This document shows, in pieces, positions 16,974 through 25,711 of a stretch of 64,000 nucleotides of DNA (positions are counted from its first letter, which is position 1; every line of letters starts with the position of its first letter). The notes below the pieces were generated by a model that saw only the letters and a list, made by a program, of their open reading frames with translations, searched no databases and was not told the DNA's origin. This stretch comes from an uncultured Thermoleophilia bacterium (lineage in GTDB: Bacteria > Actinomycetota > Thermoleophilia > Gaiellales > Gaiellaceae): positions 285,208 to 349,207 of the forward strand of contig CAWFOB010000006.1 of the NCBI GenBank assembly GCA_963817375.1, in the 5' to 3' direction. Both the position numbers and the translations under genes were made by a program.

Positions 16974-17288
16974 ATGAACGACGAGCTCGCGACCGAGACC
17001 GAGGCGCTGATCGCGTCGGATCCGCCGGACGAGTACCTCGTGTTCCTGCGCCTCGTTGACGGCGAGCGCATCGAGGCCGGCTCGTTCGCCGACGAGGGAG
17101 AGGCGCACTCGTTTGCGGGGCAGTTCATGGCGGCGGCGTCGCCCGGTATGACGCGATGGCCCCGGGTCGGTGATCGCTACCTGCGTCCTGAGACGATCGC
17201 TTCGATTGACGTCGAGCGCAGCGCTCAGCCCCGCTGGACCGGCTCGACGGGGCGCGCCAGCACCTGGGGCAAGTCGGGCGCTGCGTAG
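16974..17288 (+). CDS. Hypothetical acidic protein (104 aa)
   Basis: Internal ATG of ORF 16305..17288, 47 nt after pilD. The composition is protein-like (MNDELATETEALIASDPPDEYLVFLRLVDGERIEAG...). I recognise no family. Confidence 0.45.
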   Translation: MNDELATETEALIASDPPDEYLVFLRLVDGERIEAGSFADEGEAHSFAGQFMAAASPGMTRWPRVGDRYLRPETIASIDVERSAQPRWTGSTGRASTWGKSGAA

Positions 17289-17497
17289 GTCGGGCGGCGC
17301 TCGGCGGGCGTCACACCGCGCGGCCTCGGCGGCGGCGTGATTTGCCCCACGTCGCCAGGGTCGAGGCAGAGGGAGCTGGCCCAGCGGGCCGTCTTGTAGC
17401 TCGGCAGCAGTCGTTGAGCATCGGATTCCGGCGCGGAGGCTCTTTCGAACAAGCCTGGGTTGGTGCTGTCACTCGCTTAGGAGCCGGTGAGCGCTTC

Positions 17498-18268
17498 ATG
17501 ACCCTCCGCGAAGATGTGGCTGTGGGATGGGCGGCACTAGACCAGTGGGGCGACGTCGCTCGCATCGAACCGCTCACTGGCGGAGTTGGCGTCAACGAGG
17601 TGTGGAGCGTGTGCGTCAACGGGCAGCTCGCCATCGGTCGGCTCGGCAAGCGCGGCGACGCCGACCTCTCGTGGGAGACCGAGCTATTGCGCCACCTCGA
17701 CCGTGAAGGGATGACGGTGCCGGTGCCGATCCCAACCACGGACGGCCGGCACTTCGCAGACGGTCTGGTCGTGATGACCTACGTGGAGGGCGGACCGCCC
17801 GAAACGGAGGCCGACTGGCGTCGCGTCGCCGACACACTCCGCCAGCTGCACCGACTGACGCACGGCTGGCCCCAACGCCCGGGCTGGCGATCGTCGACCG
17901 ACCTCCTGCACGCGGAAACCGGGACGAAGATCGACCTCGGCGCGATGCCGCCTGAGGGTGTCGTTCGATGCCGAGCAGCGTGGGCGCGCCTCACCGGACG
18001 AGAGCGCTGCGTCGTCCACGGCGACCCCAACCCGGGAAACATCCGCATGACCGCGGATCGAGTCGCGCTGATCGACTGGGACGAGTCGCACGTCGACGTC
18101 GCCGACCTCGACCTGGTGTTGCCACACAACGCCGCCCGTCTCGAGGACGACAGGCACGACGTTGCCGCGCAAGCACGGGCGGCATGGGAAGCCGCCGCCT
18201 GCTGGGATCCCAGCGGGACCGACGAGTTCGCAGTCAAGCGGCTCGCCGAAGTTCGAGCGGTCGGGTGA
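17498..18268 (+). CDS. Aminoglycoside-phosphotransferase-like (APH/choline kinase fold) kinase
   Basis: Catalytic-loop VHGDPNPGNIRM and ALIDWDESHVD motifs. The start is uncertain; ORF 17342..18268 begins at a TTG, and ATG 17498 is preceded by AGGAG. Confidence 0.7.
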   Translation: MTLREDVAVGWAALDQWGDVARIEPLTGGVGVNEVWSVCVNGQLAIGRLGKRGDADLSWETELLRHLDREGMTVPVPIPTTDGRHFADGLVVMTYVEGGPPETEADWRRVADTLRQLHRLTHGWPQRPGWRSSTDLLHAETGTKIDLGAMPPEGVVRCRAAWARLTGRERCVVHGDPNPGNIRMTADRVALIDWDESHVDVADLDLVLPHNAARLEDDRHDVAAQARAAWEAAACWDPSGTDEFAVKRLAEVRAVG

Positions 18269-18390
18269 CATTCCCGAACACTGGCCCAATTTGCCGCTCG
18301 TTCCTCTGGCCTAGACTTCACGCGTTGGCGAGACTCCGAAGCTATTGGAGATGGCTCGGTCACCGACTTCGGCTCTCCCAGCCCGGCCGA

Positions 18391-18591
18391 GTGTTCTTCA
18401 CCGTTGCAATTCTGGTCGGCGTTGCCGAAATTGTGGTCGCACGGGCTCACGGCGACCGTGAGGGCGGCGCCCCACTGGTGGTGTTCGCAATGTTGTTGGT
18501 CGGCGTGGTCACCCTGGATGCCGTCGGCCGGGGAGTCGTCGCTGTTGTTCGCCGTCTCATCCTGGACGGTGGGCTCAGGCGTCATTCCTGA
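18391..18591 (+). CDS. Possible small two-TM membrane protein (start uncertain, TTG 18325 or GTG 18391)
   Basis: Tail of ORF 17968..18591: VFFTVAILVGVAEIVVARAHGDREGGAPLVVFAMLLVGVVTLDAVG.... The mirror frame on the - strand looks equally codon-like, so this call is weak. Confidence 0.25.
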   Translation: MFFTVAILVGVAEIVVARAHGDREGGAPLVVFAMLLVGVVTLDAVGRGVVAVVRRLILDGGLRRHS

Positions 18592-18648
18592 AACATTCGC
18601 GCAAACGACGGCCACGTCACCAACCAGCGGCGCGGTAAACATCCGTCT

Positions 18649-19023
18649 ATGCGGTGGGTGGGTGACGGGTCGGAACTCTGGCGCGTACGCGTCGATCTGT
18701 TTGCCCCGGACGAGGAGCGAGCCCGTGTGCCGGCAGCTCATCAAGCCCTCCAGCGTCGGTTGACGGGCTCGGATGAGCTAGCGAGGCGGTCGGGAGAGAG
18801 CAGCGCCGATCAAGGGACGGGGATCGCAGGTCGTCCCGTAGTTGGTCTGTCCTTCTGGGTACGAGCCGAAGACGTTGGACAAGCCGCGAGAACCGCTGTC
18901 GAGACCGCGCGCCGAGCTGGGGCGGATAGCGGTGTCGGCACCGACTTGTACGACGTCGTCGTCATACCGAGCTCAGCGGTGGCGCGGCCGGACGACCCGG
19001 CCTATCCGCCTATGCCCGATTAG
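18649..19023 (+). CDS. Hypothetical protein (124 aa)
   Basis: ORF 18649..19023. Moderately high third-position GC by eye. Globular-looking C-terminal half (LSFWVRAEDVGQAARTAVETARRAGADSGVGTDLYDVVVIP). Confidence 0.4.
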   Translation: MRWVGDGSELWRVRVDLFAPDEERARVPAAHQALQRRLTGSDELARRSGESSADQGTGIAGRPVVGLSFWVRAEDVGQAARTAVETARRAGADSGVGTDLYDVVVIPSSAVARPDDPAYPPMPD

Positions 19024-19260
19024 AACCGTTCGGCGGACATTCCCGCACGACGGCGAGCTCGACCGCCCCGCCGGTCCGCGTGCGTGAGATCCTCGACACG
19101 CCAAGGTCGCCGCGGCATCGCGCTTCGAGGGAGCTGTGCTACTTCCGGAGCGCACGGGTCTCCCATTGGGCATCGCCGCGACCGCGTGTCGAGGCGAAGC
19201 AACGATCAGCGGGAGGGATTCCGGACGGTGAGTGTGCCGTACGAGCGGGCGGCGTGCCGC

Positions 19261-19830
19261 TCAGCTCGCCGCGGCCGCTGCCGCTCGGGCGTCTGCGACG
19301 GCCTGGACGACCGTGGCGCGATCGACAAACCCGGAGACCTCGAACGAAACCGTCACGGGGCGGCGGAGCACGATCAGCGCGGGGTCGTCCTTGATGCCCA
19401 GCTTCGCCTGGAGCGGCGCGATCTGCGACTGGCGGAACGCGTCGACGCGCACGAACCCTGCGTGCGCGGCCGCTGCCCCCGCCTGCGCTTCGCGGACGGC
19501 GACGTCGTCCACCGCGCCGCGGGGAGCGACGACGGAGACGACGACGACCGCGTTGCGTACAAGCGCGTCGGCGACCGCACGTGGCAGACCGTTCGCCGCC
19601 ACTGCGTGCGCCGGCCGAGCGTGGGGCCGACCCGGCTTCTGCGTCGTGTGGCTCGGCGTCGTTCGGTGCAGCCGGTGCCCGACGGAGGCATGAAGAAGCT
19701 TCGGCTGCGACGAGCTCGTGCTGCTCCCGCCGCCGGTGGTGGTCTTCAGCACGAAGACGCCGGCCGCGAGCGCGGCCGTCATGCCCACCAGGGCGACGAG
19801 GCGAACGGGGTTGGCGCTGGCAAGCTTCAT
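19261..19830 (-). CDS. Membrane-anchored thioredoxin-fold-like protein lacking CxxC
   Basis: N-terminal anchor VRLVALVGMTAALAAGVFVL and a Ser/Thr/Pro linker. The C-terminal roughly 100 aa align by eye to thioredoxin: VVVVSVVAPRGAVD replaces the WCGPC region, and DDPALIVL sits at the cis-Pro position. Confidence 0.6.
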   Translation of the reverse strand: MKLASANPVRLVALVGMTAALAAGVFVLKTTTGGGSSTSSSQPKLLHASVGHRLHRTTPSHTTQKPGRPHARPAHAVAANGLPRAVADALVRNAVVVVSVVAPRGAVDDVAVREAQAGAAAAHAGFVRVDAFRQSQIAPLQAKLGIKDDPALIVLRRPVTVSFEVSGFVDRATVVQAVADARAAAAAAS

Positions 19831-19874
19831 TGACTCTCCTATCGGCAGTTGGCTAACCCGACTTGAGGGAACGA

Positions 19875-20300
19875 TCAGAGGGATGCGGGGCAGGCTCCAG
19901 AGACAATGTCCCCGCCCGGGCCGAGCAGGCTGTGCACGTTGTGGCCCGGATCGAACGCGGCGGTCGGAGGCCGTCCGTTGTGGGTGCTTTCGAGGCAGAA
20001 GGTCTTGCCGTCGGCGGCGATGACCGGGTCCGCGCTCAGACGGACGCCCGCGTCCAGCGACTCGAGCGCCGCGGTCGTCATGCCGTTGTAGGTGTCGTGG
20101 TGCGCGTAGAAGAGCTGCGCAGCGGGCAGCGCCTCGCGGACGTTCAGCTCCGCCGCAGACTTCTCACCACGGTCGCGCATGCTGACGAAGCCGCCCACGG
20201 CGATCGACAGCAAGATCCCCATGATCACCAGTACCACGAGGAGCTCCATCAGCGTGAAACCCGCCTCGCGGTCGGTGTGCGAACGCCGTGAGCTCCTCAC
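19875..20300 (-). CDS. Type IV pilin-like protein (divergent third pilin)
   Basis: Class III signal MRSSRRSHTDREAG|FTLMELLVVLVIMGILLSIAVGG. Two Cys residues in the C-terminal half (FCLEST...GACP). Confidence 0.85.
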   Translation of the reverse strand: MRSSRRSHTDREAGFTLMELLVVLVIMGILLSIAVGGFVSMRDRGEKSAAELNVREALPAAQLFYAHHDTYNGMTTAALESLDAGVRLSADPVIAADGKTFCLESTHNGRPPTAAFDPGHNVHSLLGPGGDIVSGACPASL

Positions 20301-20350
20301 GGCTCCCCTATCGGCGGGTCGCCCGCCCGGGGTTAGCCCGTGCCCCTCGG

Positions 20351-20386
20351 GCGGGGGAGGGCGCGGTAGCCCGCACCCTCCCCCGC
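20351..20386 (-). terminator. Stem-loop just downstream of pilin copy 2
   Basis: gcgggggagggcgcgg-tagc-ccgcaccctcccccgc, 4 nt beyond the stop at 20391..20393. Confidence 0.5.
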
Positions 20387-20390
20387 GGCA

Positions 20391-20831
20391 TCACGTCGCC
20401 GCGTTGCAGTCCGTGAGGACCGGGCCGGGATCCTGTGTGATGGAGCCGGCCGGGCTGTTCTTGAAGTAGGTCGAACCGCCCTGGGTGGCGTAGATGCAGT
20501 AGGTCGTCGTCGTCGGGGCCGGGCTGGCCGAGACGTTCACCTTGGCTGCGCTGCCCGGGTCGTAGTACGAGATGCCCGGCGTGGCGGCCGTCGATGCGTT
20601 GCTGAGGCCGACGTAGGTGCCGTTGTCGGCGTAGAACGCCTCGACGGCGGGGACGGCGGCCCGGACGTTGGCCTGGGAGGCCGTGGCCTCGGCCTTGCTC
20701 TTGAAGCCGATGTAGGACGGGACGGCGATCGCGAGCAGGATGCCGAGGATGATGATTACGACCAGGAGCTCGATGAGCGTGAAACCGCCCTCGACGTTCC
20801 CCTGTGCGATCCGATTCTTGAGCCTGTTCAT
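20391..20831 (-). CDS. pilA: Type IV major pilin, copy 2 (146 aa)
   Basis: MNRLKNRIAQGNVEGG|FTLIELLVVIIILGILLAIAVPSY. C-terminal Cys pair (YCIY...TDCNAAT). GGAGG precedes ATG 20831. Confidence 0.9.
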   Translation of the reverse strand: MNRLKNRIAQGNVEGGFTLIELLVVIIILGILLAIAVPSYIGFKSKAEATASQANVRAAVPAVEAFYADNGTYVGLSNASTAATPGISYYDPGSAAKVNVSASPAPTTTTYCIYATQGGSTYFKNSPAGSITQDPGPVLTDCNAAT

Positions 20832-20999
20832 GGTGCCTCCGTTCGGCGTGCGGTACGGCTTGGCCGCGGCCGGGGCGCCCACTGAGGGGGATGCCGCACG
20901 GGATGAATCGGCTCCCGATCGAATACGGCGTACCCTCGATCGGGGGTGCCGATCCTCCAGTGGGGGGCGCGCCGTTTCCCCGAACGCTCCCCGAAATGA

Positions 21000-21027
21000 C
21001 GGAGGGCGCGGTTGCCCGCGCCCTCCC
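21000..21027 (-). terminator. Stem-loop downstream of pilin copy 1
   Basis: cggagggcgcgg-ttgc-ccgcgccctccg, about 22 nt beyond the stop at 21050..21052. Confidence 0.5.
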
Positions 21028-21049
21028 GCACCGTTCGTGAAGCCGTGGC

Positions 21050-21490
21050 CTAGGTGGCCGCGTTGCAGTCCGTGAGGATCGGGCCGGGATCCTTCGTGAT
21101 CGCACCGGCCGGGCTGTTCTTGAAGTAGGTGGAACCGCCCTGGGTGGCGTAGACGCAGTACGTCGTCGTCGTCGGGGCCGGGCTGCCCGAGACGCTCACC
21201 TTGGCCGCGCTGCCGGGATCGTAGTACGAGATGCCAGGCGTGGCGGCCGTCGATGCGTTGCTGAGGCCGACGTAGGTGCCGTTGTCGGCGTAGAACGCCT
21301 CGACGGCGGGGACGGCGGCCCGGACGTTCGCCTGGGCGGCCGTCGCCTCGGCCTTGCTCTTGAAGCCGATGTACGACGGGACGGCGATCGCGAGCAGGAT
21401 GCCGAGGATGATGATTACGACCAGGAGCTCGATGAGCGTGAAACCGCCCTCGACGTTCCCCTGTGCGATCCGATTCCTGAGCCTGTTCAT
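21050..21490 (-). CDS. pilA: Type IV major pilin, copy 1 (146 aa)
   Basis: MNRLRNRIAQGNVEGG|FTLIELLVVIIILGILLAIAVPSY. By hand alignment it differs from copy 2 at 8 of 146 residues. Confidence 0.9.
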   Translation of the reverse strand: MNRLRNRIAQGNVEGGFTLIELLVVIIILGILLAIAVPSYIGFKSKAEATAAQANVRAAVPAVEAFYADNGTYVGLSNASTAATPGISYYDPGSAAKVSVSGSPAPTTTTYCVYATQGGSTYFKNSPAGAITKDPGPILTDCNAAT

Positions 21491-21657
21491 TGAAGTCCTC
21501 CGTTCGTGGTAGGCGTTGGTGGCTCGCCGCCTGTATCGGCCTCCCGCGGATCGCGCCTGCTCCCCCAACCAGGTGATTGGCACCCACGCGCTGGGTGACG
21601 CGCAGAAATCACTCAAGCCAGCGAGGGCACGTGCCGATAGCTGCCGTCGAGGTAGCC

Positions 21658-22791
21658 ATGACAAACACCGTGCTCAACATCGATGAACTGCTCGAGGCGC
21701 TCGTCAAGCACAACGGGTCCGACCTCCACGTGACGGTCGGCTCGCATCCGGTCGTCCGCGTGCGCGGGTCGCTGGAGCGGCTCGAAGACTTCCCCAAGCT
21801 GACCGCCGAGGACACCCTCGCGATGCTCTACCGGATCATGTCGACCGAGCAGCAGAAGCGGCTCGAGGTCGACCGGCAGCTCGATCTGTCCTACTCGATC
21901 CCCGGCCTCGCGCGCTTCCGCGTGAATGTGTACTCACAGCGCGAGAGCCTCGCGGCGGCCTTCCGCCTGATCCCGATGGGGCTGAAGACACTCGAGGAGC
22001 TCAATCTCCCGAAGAGCCTGCACGAGCTGACGCACAAGCCTCGCGGCCTCGTGCTCGTGACCGGCCCGACGGGCTCCGGCAAGTCGACGACTCTGGCGGC
22101 CCTGATCGACGAGATCAACCGCACCCGCGCCGACCACATCATCACCATCGAGGATCCGATCGAGTTCCTCCATCGGCACAAGAAGTGCATCGTCAACCAG
22201 CGCGAGATCGGCGCCGATGCGCCGACGTTCAGCGCCGCACTGCGGGCCGCGCTCCGCCAGGACCCGGACGTCGTCCTCCTCGGCGAGATGCGCGACCTCG
22301 AGACCACGTCGACCGCGCTCACCGCGGCCGAAACCGGTCACCTGGTGTTCGCCACGCTGCACACGCAGAGCGCGCCGGGCACGGTCGACCGCATCATCGA
22401 TCAGTTCCCGGCCGAGCAGCAGGAGCAAGTCCGGATGCAGCTCGCCGGCACGCTCCAGGGCATCGTCACGCAGGCCCTGCTGCCGACGGCCGACGGCACC
22501 GGGCGCGTCCCGGCGCTGGAGATCCTTCTCCCGGACGACGCGACGCGGAACCTGATCCGCCAGGCGCGCGTCGAGCAGATCTACAGCGTCATCCAGACCG
22601 GCACGCAGCGCGGGATGCAGACAATGGAGCAGGCGCTCGCGGAGATCGCTGGTCGCGGCGTGGTCACCACGGAGGCGGCGCTGTCGTGCTCGAGCCGCCC
22701 GGACCAGCTGCTCGGCCTGCTCGAGCGGGCCGGCGTCGGGGACAACACGCTGGCGCCGCTCGGCGGCGGACTTCGACTGGCGGAGAGCTAG
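21658..22791 (+). CDS. pilT: Type IV pilus twitching-motility ATPase PilT
   Basis: Internal ATG 21658 of ORF 21577..22791. GPTGSGKSTT, IITIEDPIEF, DPDVVLLGEMRD, HLVFATLHT, and the PilT-type ATRNLIRQAR motif. 377 aa. Confidence 0.92.
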   Translation: MTNTVLNIDELLEALVKHNGSDLHVTVGSHPVVRVRGSLERLEDFPKLTAEDTLAMLYRIMSTEQQKRLEVDRQLDLSYSIPGLARFRVNVYSQRESLAAAFRLIPMGLKTLEELNLPKSLHELTHKPRGLVLVTGPTGSGKSTTLAALIDEINRTRADHIITIEDPIEFLHRHKKCIVNQREIGADAPTFSAALRAALRQDPDVVLLGEMRDLETTSTALTAAETGHLVFATLHTQSAPGTVDRIIDQFPAEQQEQVRMQLAGTLQGIVTQALLPTADGTGRVPALEILLPDDATRNLIRQARVEQIYSVIQTGTQRGMQTMEQALAEIAGRGVVTTEAALSCSSRPDQLLGLLERAGVGDNTLAPLGGGLRLAES

Positions 22792-22794
22792 CTC

Positions 22795-24462
22795 ATGGAC
22801 TGGAAGAAGGAGATCAAGCTCGGCGACCTCGTCGGGCGCAAGAGCTCGGAGGGAGCCGGCGTGGCCGAGGTCCCCGAGGAGAAGCCGGCCGAGCAGCCCG
22901 CGACCGAGCAGCGAGCATCGGTCTGGAAGCGCGAGTTGCGCGTCGGCAAGCCCAAGGACGAACCGACCACTACCGAGCGGCTGGGCCTGTCGCGATTCGC
23001 CGCGACGCCCTCGGCCGGAGACACGCCGCCGGAGGCGCCGAAGCAGCCGGTGGAGGAACGGCGCAGTCGCTTCTCGCCGTTCGCGCGCGCGAGCGCGCCC
23101 GCGCCCGCAGGTGACCAGGCCCCTACCGAGCAGGCTCCTACCGAGCGGAAGCCGAGTCGGTTCGCGCGGCCCCGCAAGGCCGACGACGCCGCCTCCAAGC
23201 CAAGCGGTCCCGGCCTCCTCGTCCGCCTCGGCTCGGTCCGCCTGACGCGGCCGAAGCCGGCCGGCGACGCGAAGGCGCCTGCCAAGGAGAAGAAGGCGAA
23301 GAGCGCCAACGCCCGTTCGCGCCGCTCGCTCGAGCTGCCGTTCCGCCGCACACCGCGAACGGCGGAGGCGAAGGCCGCCTCGTCTGCGCACCGGCCGGGA
23401 AAGAAGAGCAACCTGGTCGGGCTCAAGATCGGCGCGTCGCACATCGCGGCCGCCCAGGTGACGTCGAATGGCCCCCACGAGCTCGTGCAGTTCGCACGCG
23501 AGCCGCTGCCGAAGGGCATTGTCGTCGCGGGCGAGGTCCGCGACCCCGACGCGCTCGCGGTGGAGCTCAAGAAGTTCTTCAGCAAGCACAAGCTGCCGCA
23601 CCGGGCAGTCCGGCTCGGGGTCGGCACCAACCGCGTCGGCGTCCGCCGGTTCGAGATCAGCGGTCTCTCCGACGCGTCGCATCTCGAGAACGCAATCCGC
23701 TTCCGGGCGCAGGAGGTGCTCCCGATCCCGCTCGAGGAGGCCGTCCTCGACTACCAGGTCGTCGGCGAAACGACCGACGAGCATGGCAAGAAGGTCTACC
23801 GCGTCCTGCTGGTCGTCGCCTACCGGGACCTCGTTCAGCGCTATGCCATCGCCTGCCGTGCCGCCGGCGTGAAGTTGACCGGCATCGACTTCGAGGCCTT
23901 CGCGCTGCTGCGCTCGCTCGGTCCGATCGGCGAGTCGGACGCCAAGGACGCCGCCGTGGTCGTCGTCTCGATCGGTCACGACCGCTCGACGTTCGTCGTC
24001 GCCGACGGCTCGACGTGCGAGTTTGCCCGCGTGCTCGACTGGGGCGGCGGCGCGCTCGACGTCGCGGTCGCCCGCACGCTCGACCTCACGCCCTCGCAGG
24101 CGGAGCCGATCAAGCAGACGCTCACGCTGAACGCAACGCAGGAGCGGCTCGAGGGCTACACCGACGAGCAGGCGAGCGCGGTCTACGAGGCCGTGCGCAA
24201 CGAGCTGCAGACGTTCGTTCGCGAGCTCGTCTCGTCGCTCCACTTCTACCAGAACCAGCCCGGCTCGCTCGGCATCGGCGAGATCACGATCACGGGCGGG
24301 ACGGCGCAGCTGCCCGGCCTCGCGGCTGAGCTCCAGCGCCTGGTCGGCGTCACCGTCCGCGTCGGCGATCCGTTCGCCCGCGTCAAGTCCGCGACCCGGC
24401 TCGACTCGCACGCCGAGATGGGCTCCCTGGCCGTCGCCATCGGACTCGGGATGGAGGTCTAG
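22795..24462 (+). CDS. pilM: PilM (actin-like ATPase fold) with roughly 200-aa disordered N-terminal extension
   Basis: The conserved part starts near residue 205 (NLVGLKIGASHIAAAQV...RVGVRRFEISGLSD...AQEVLPIPLEEAVLDYQVV...ITGGTAQLPGL). Confidence 0.85.
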   Translation: MDWKKEIKLGDLVGRKSSEGAGVAEVPEEKPAEQPATEQRASVWKRELRVGKPKDEPTTTERLGLSRFAATPSAGDTPPEAPKQPVEERRSRFSPFARASAPAPAGDQAPTEQAPTERKPSRFARPRKADDAASKPSGPGLLVRLGSVRLTRPKPAGDAKAPAKEKKAKSANARSRRSLELPFRRTPRTAEAKAASSAHRPGKKSNLVGLKIGASHIAAAQVTSNGPHELVQFAREPLPKGIVVAGEVRDPDALAVELKKFFSKHKLPHRAVRLGVGTNRVGVRRFEISGLSDASHLENAIRFRAQEVLPIPLEEAVLDYQVVGETTDEHGKKVYRVLLVVAYRDLVQRYAIACRAAGVKLTGIDFEAFALLRSLGPIGESDAKDAAVVVVSIGHDRSTFVVADGSTCEFARVLDWGGGALDVAVARTLDLTPSQAEPIKQTLTLNATQERLEGYTDEQASAVYEAVRNELQTFVRELVSSLHFYQNQPGSLGIGEITITGGTAQLPGLAAELQRLVGVTVRVGDPFARVKSATRLDSHAEMGSLAVAIGLGMEV

Positions 24463-24464
24463 CC

Positions 24465-25070
24465 GTGCGCCCCGCCAATCTTCTGCCCGCCGATCTCCGC
24501 CGGGCAAGCAACCGGACGTTCCCGCCCGAGGCCATCGCGGCCGTCGGCGCCGGCGTCGCCGTCGCGGCGCTGCTGGTCGGCGCGTATACCGTCGAGCACG
24601 GTGCCGTCACCCGCCGCGAGCAGAGGCTCGCAGCCGTCGAGGCTCAGATCCGTGCCGTGCCGGCGCCCACCAAGCCTGCCGTGGCGGTGTCGCCAGAGCT
24701 CGCCGCCGACAAGGATGCGCGCACGGCAGCCGTCAACACGGCGCTCGACCAGCGGACCTCCTGGGACGCTGTCCTGCGGGAGCTGTCGCTCGTCCTGCCC
24801 TCCGACGTCTGGCTGACCACCCTCAGCGCCCAGGGCGCCACCACGCCGACGACGGACCCGTCCGCTCCTGCGCAGACGGGCACCAGCCTCACGCTGACGG
24901 GCTCCACGTACTCGCAGGCGGGCGTCGCGCGCCTCCTGACGCGGCTCGCCCTCGTCCCGTACTTCAGCAACGTGAGCCTCCAGACCGCTGCAGGCTCCAA
25001 CGCCGGCAAGCGCTCAATCGTCGGCTTCACGATCAGCGCCCAGATCCGCAACCCGGGAGGTTCCTCGTGA
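24465..25070 (+). CDS. pilN: PilN-like pilus assembly protein
   Basis: N-terminal NLLP motif (MRPANLLPADL), a single TM helix, periplasmic-type domain, and its position after pilM. Confidence 0.75.
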   Translation: MRPANLLPADLRRASNRTFPPEAIAAVGAGVAVAALLVGAYTVEHGAVTRREQRLAAVEAQIRAVPAPTKPAVAVSPELAADKDARTAAVNTALDQRTSWDAVLRELSLVLPSDVWLTTLSAQGATTPTTDPSAPAQTGTSLTLTGSTYSQAGVARLLTRLALVPYFSNVSLQTAAGSNAGKRSIVGFTISAQIRNPGGSS

Positions 25071-25711
25071 CGAGCTCGCTCTTCTCGATGAGCAAGCCGC
25101 GGAACGCCAAGGCCCTCGCGGCCGTCGCGGCAGCGCTCGTCGGCTTCGCCGTGCTCGGCTACCTCGCGGTCATCGCGCCGCAGCGCAGCCGCGCGGGGTC
25201 GCTCGACGGCAAGATCACGGCTGCCGAACAGCAGCTTGTCGCCGCCGAGGTCTCGAGCCAGGCCAAGCCCGAGCCGACCCGGGTCGATGACTACTTCCGC
25301 CTGACGAAGGCGATGCCCGACAGCACGGACATGCCCGGCATGCTGCTGGAGCTCAGCAAGGTCGCATCGGCGACGGGGATCGATTTCGACTCGATCACGC
25401 CGAGCGCGCCCGTCGCCGCGACCGGCTACGAGACGGTGCCCATCGAGCTCTCCTTCCGCGGAACGTACTACCAGCTGTCCGACTTTCTGTTCCGCCTGCG
25501 CAACCTCGTGAACCGGCCGGACGGGAAGCTCGACGTCGGCGGGCGCCTCTACAGCGTCGACGGCATCACGTTCTCGCAGGGCACCGGCAAGTCGCTCCAG
25601 GCGAAGGTCACCGCCAACGCGTACGTGTACGGGACCGCCGACGCGACGGGAGCCGCTCCCGCCGCGCCCGCACCCGCGACCCCTGCTCCGGCGACCGGGA
25701 CGGGAAGCTGA
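25067..25711 (+). CDS. pilO: PilO-like pilus assembly protein
   Basis: 4-nt overlap with pilN. TM helix, coiled segment, and LLELSKVASATGIDFDSITPS...IELSFRGTYYQLSDFLFRLRNL. Confidence 0.75.
   Translation: MTSSLFSMSKPRNAKALAAVAAALVGFAVLGYLAVIAPQRSRAGSLDGKITAAEQQLVAAEVSSQAKPEPTRVDDYFRLTKAMPDSTDMPGMLLELSKVASATGIDFDSITPSAPVAATGYETVPIELSFRGTYYQLSDFLFRLRNLVNRPDGKLDVGGRLYSVDGITFSQGTGKSLQAKVTANAYVYGTADATGAAPAAPAPATPAPATGTGS

Noticed and set aside
17779-18744. 321-aa minus-strand ORF spanning the low-GC stretch and the kinase gene.
   Set aside because: It overlaps about 490 nt of the APH-like kinase, which has catalytic motifs on the + strand. Only its first roughly 100 codons look codon-like. It is reported as an ambiguity, not as a gene.
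21620-21638. Sigma-54-like element (CGGCACG-N4-CTCGCT read on the - strand) upstream of pilin copy 1, and a related ATCGGCAC at about 20941..20953 upstream of copy 2.
   Set aside because: Only the GGCAC half matches. The -12 TTGC element is absent or mismatched. The distance to the start codons is large, and Actinobacteria-like genomes generally lack rpoN. I do not call it a promoter.
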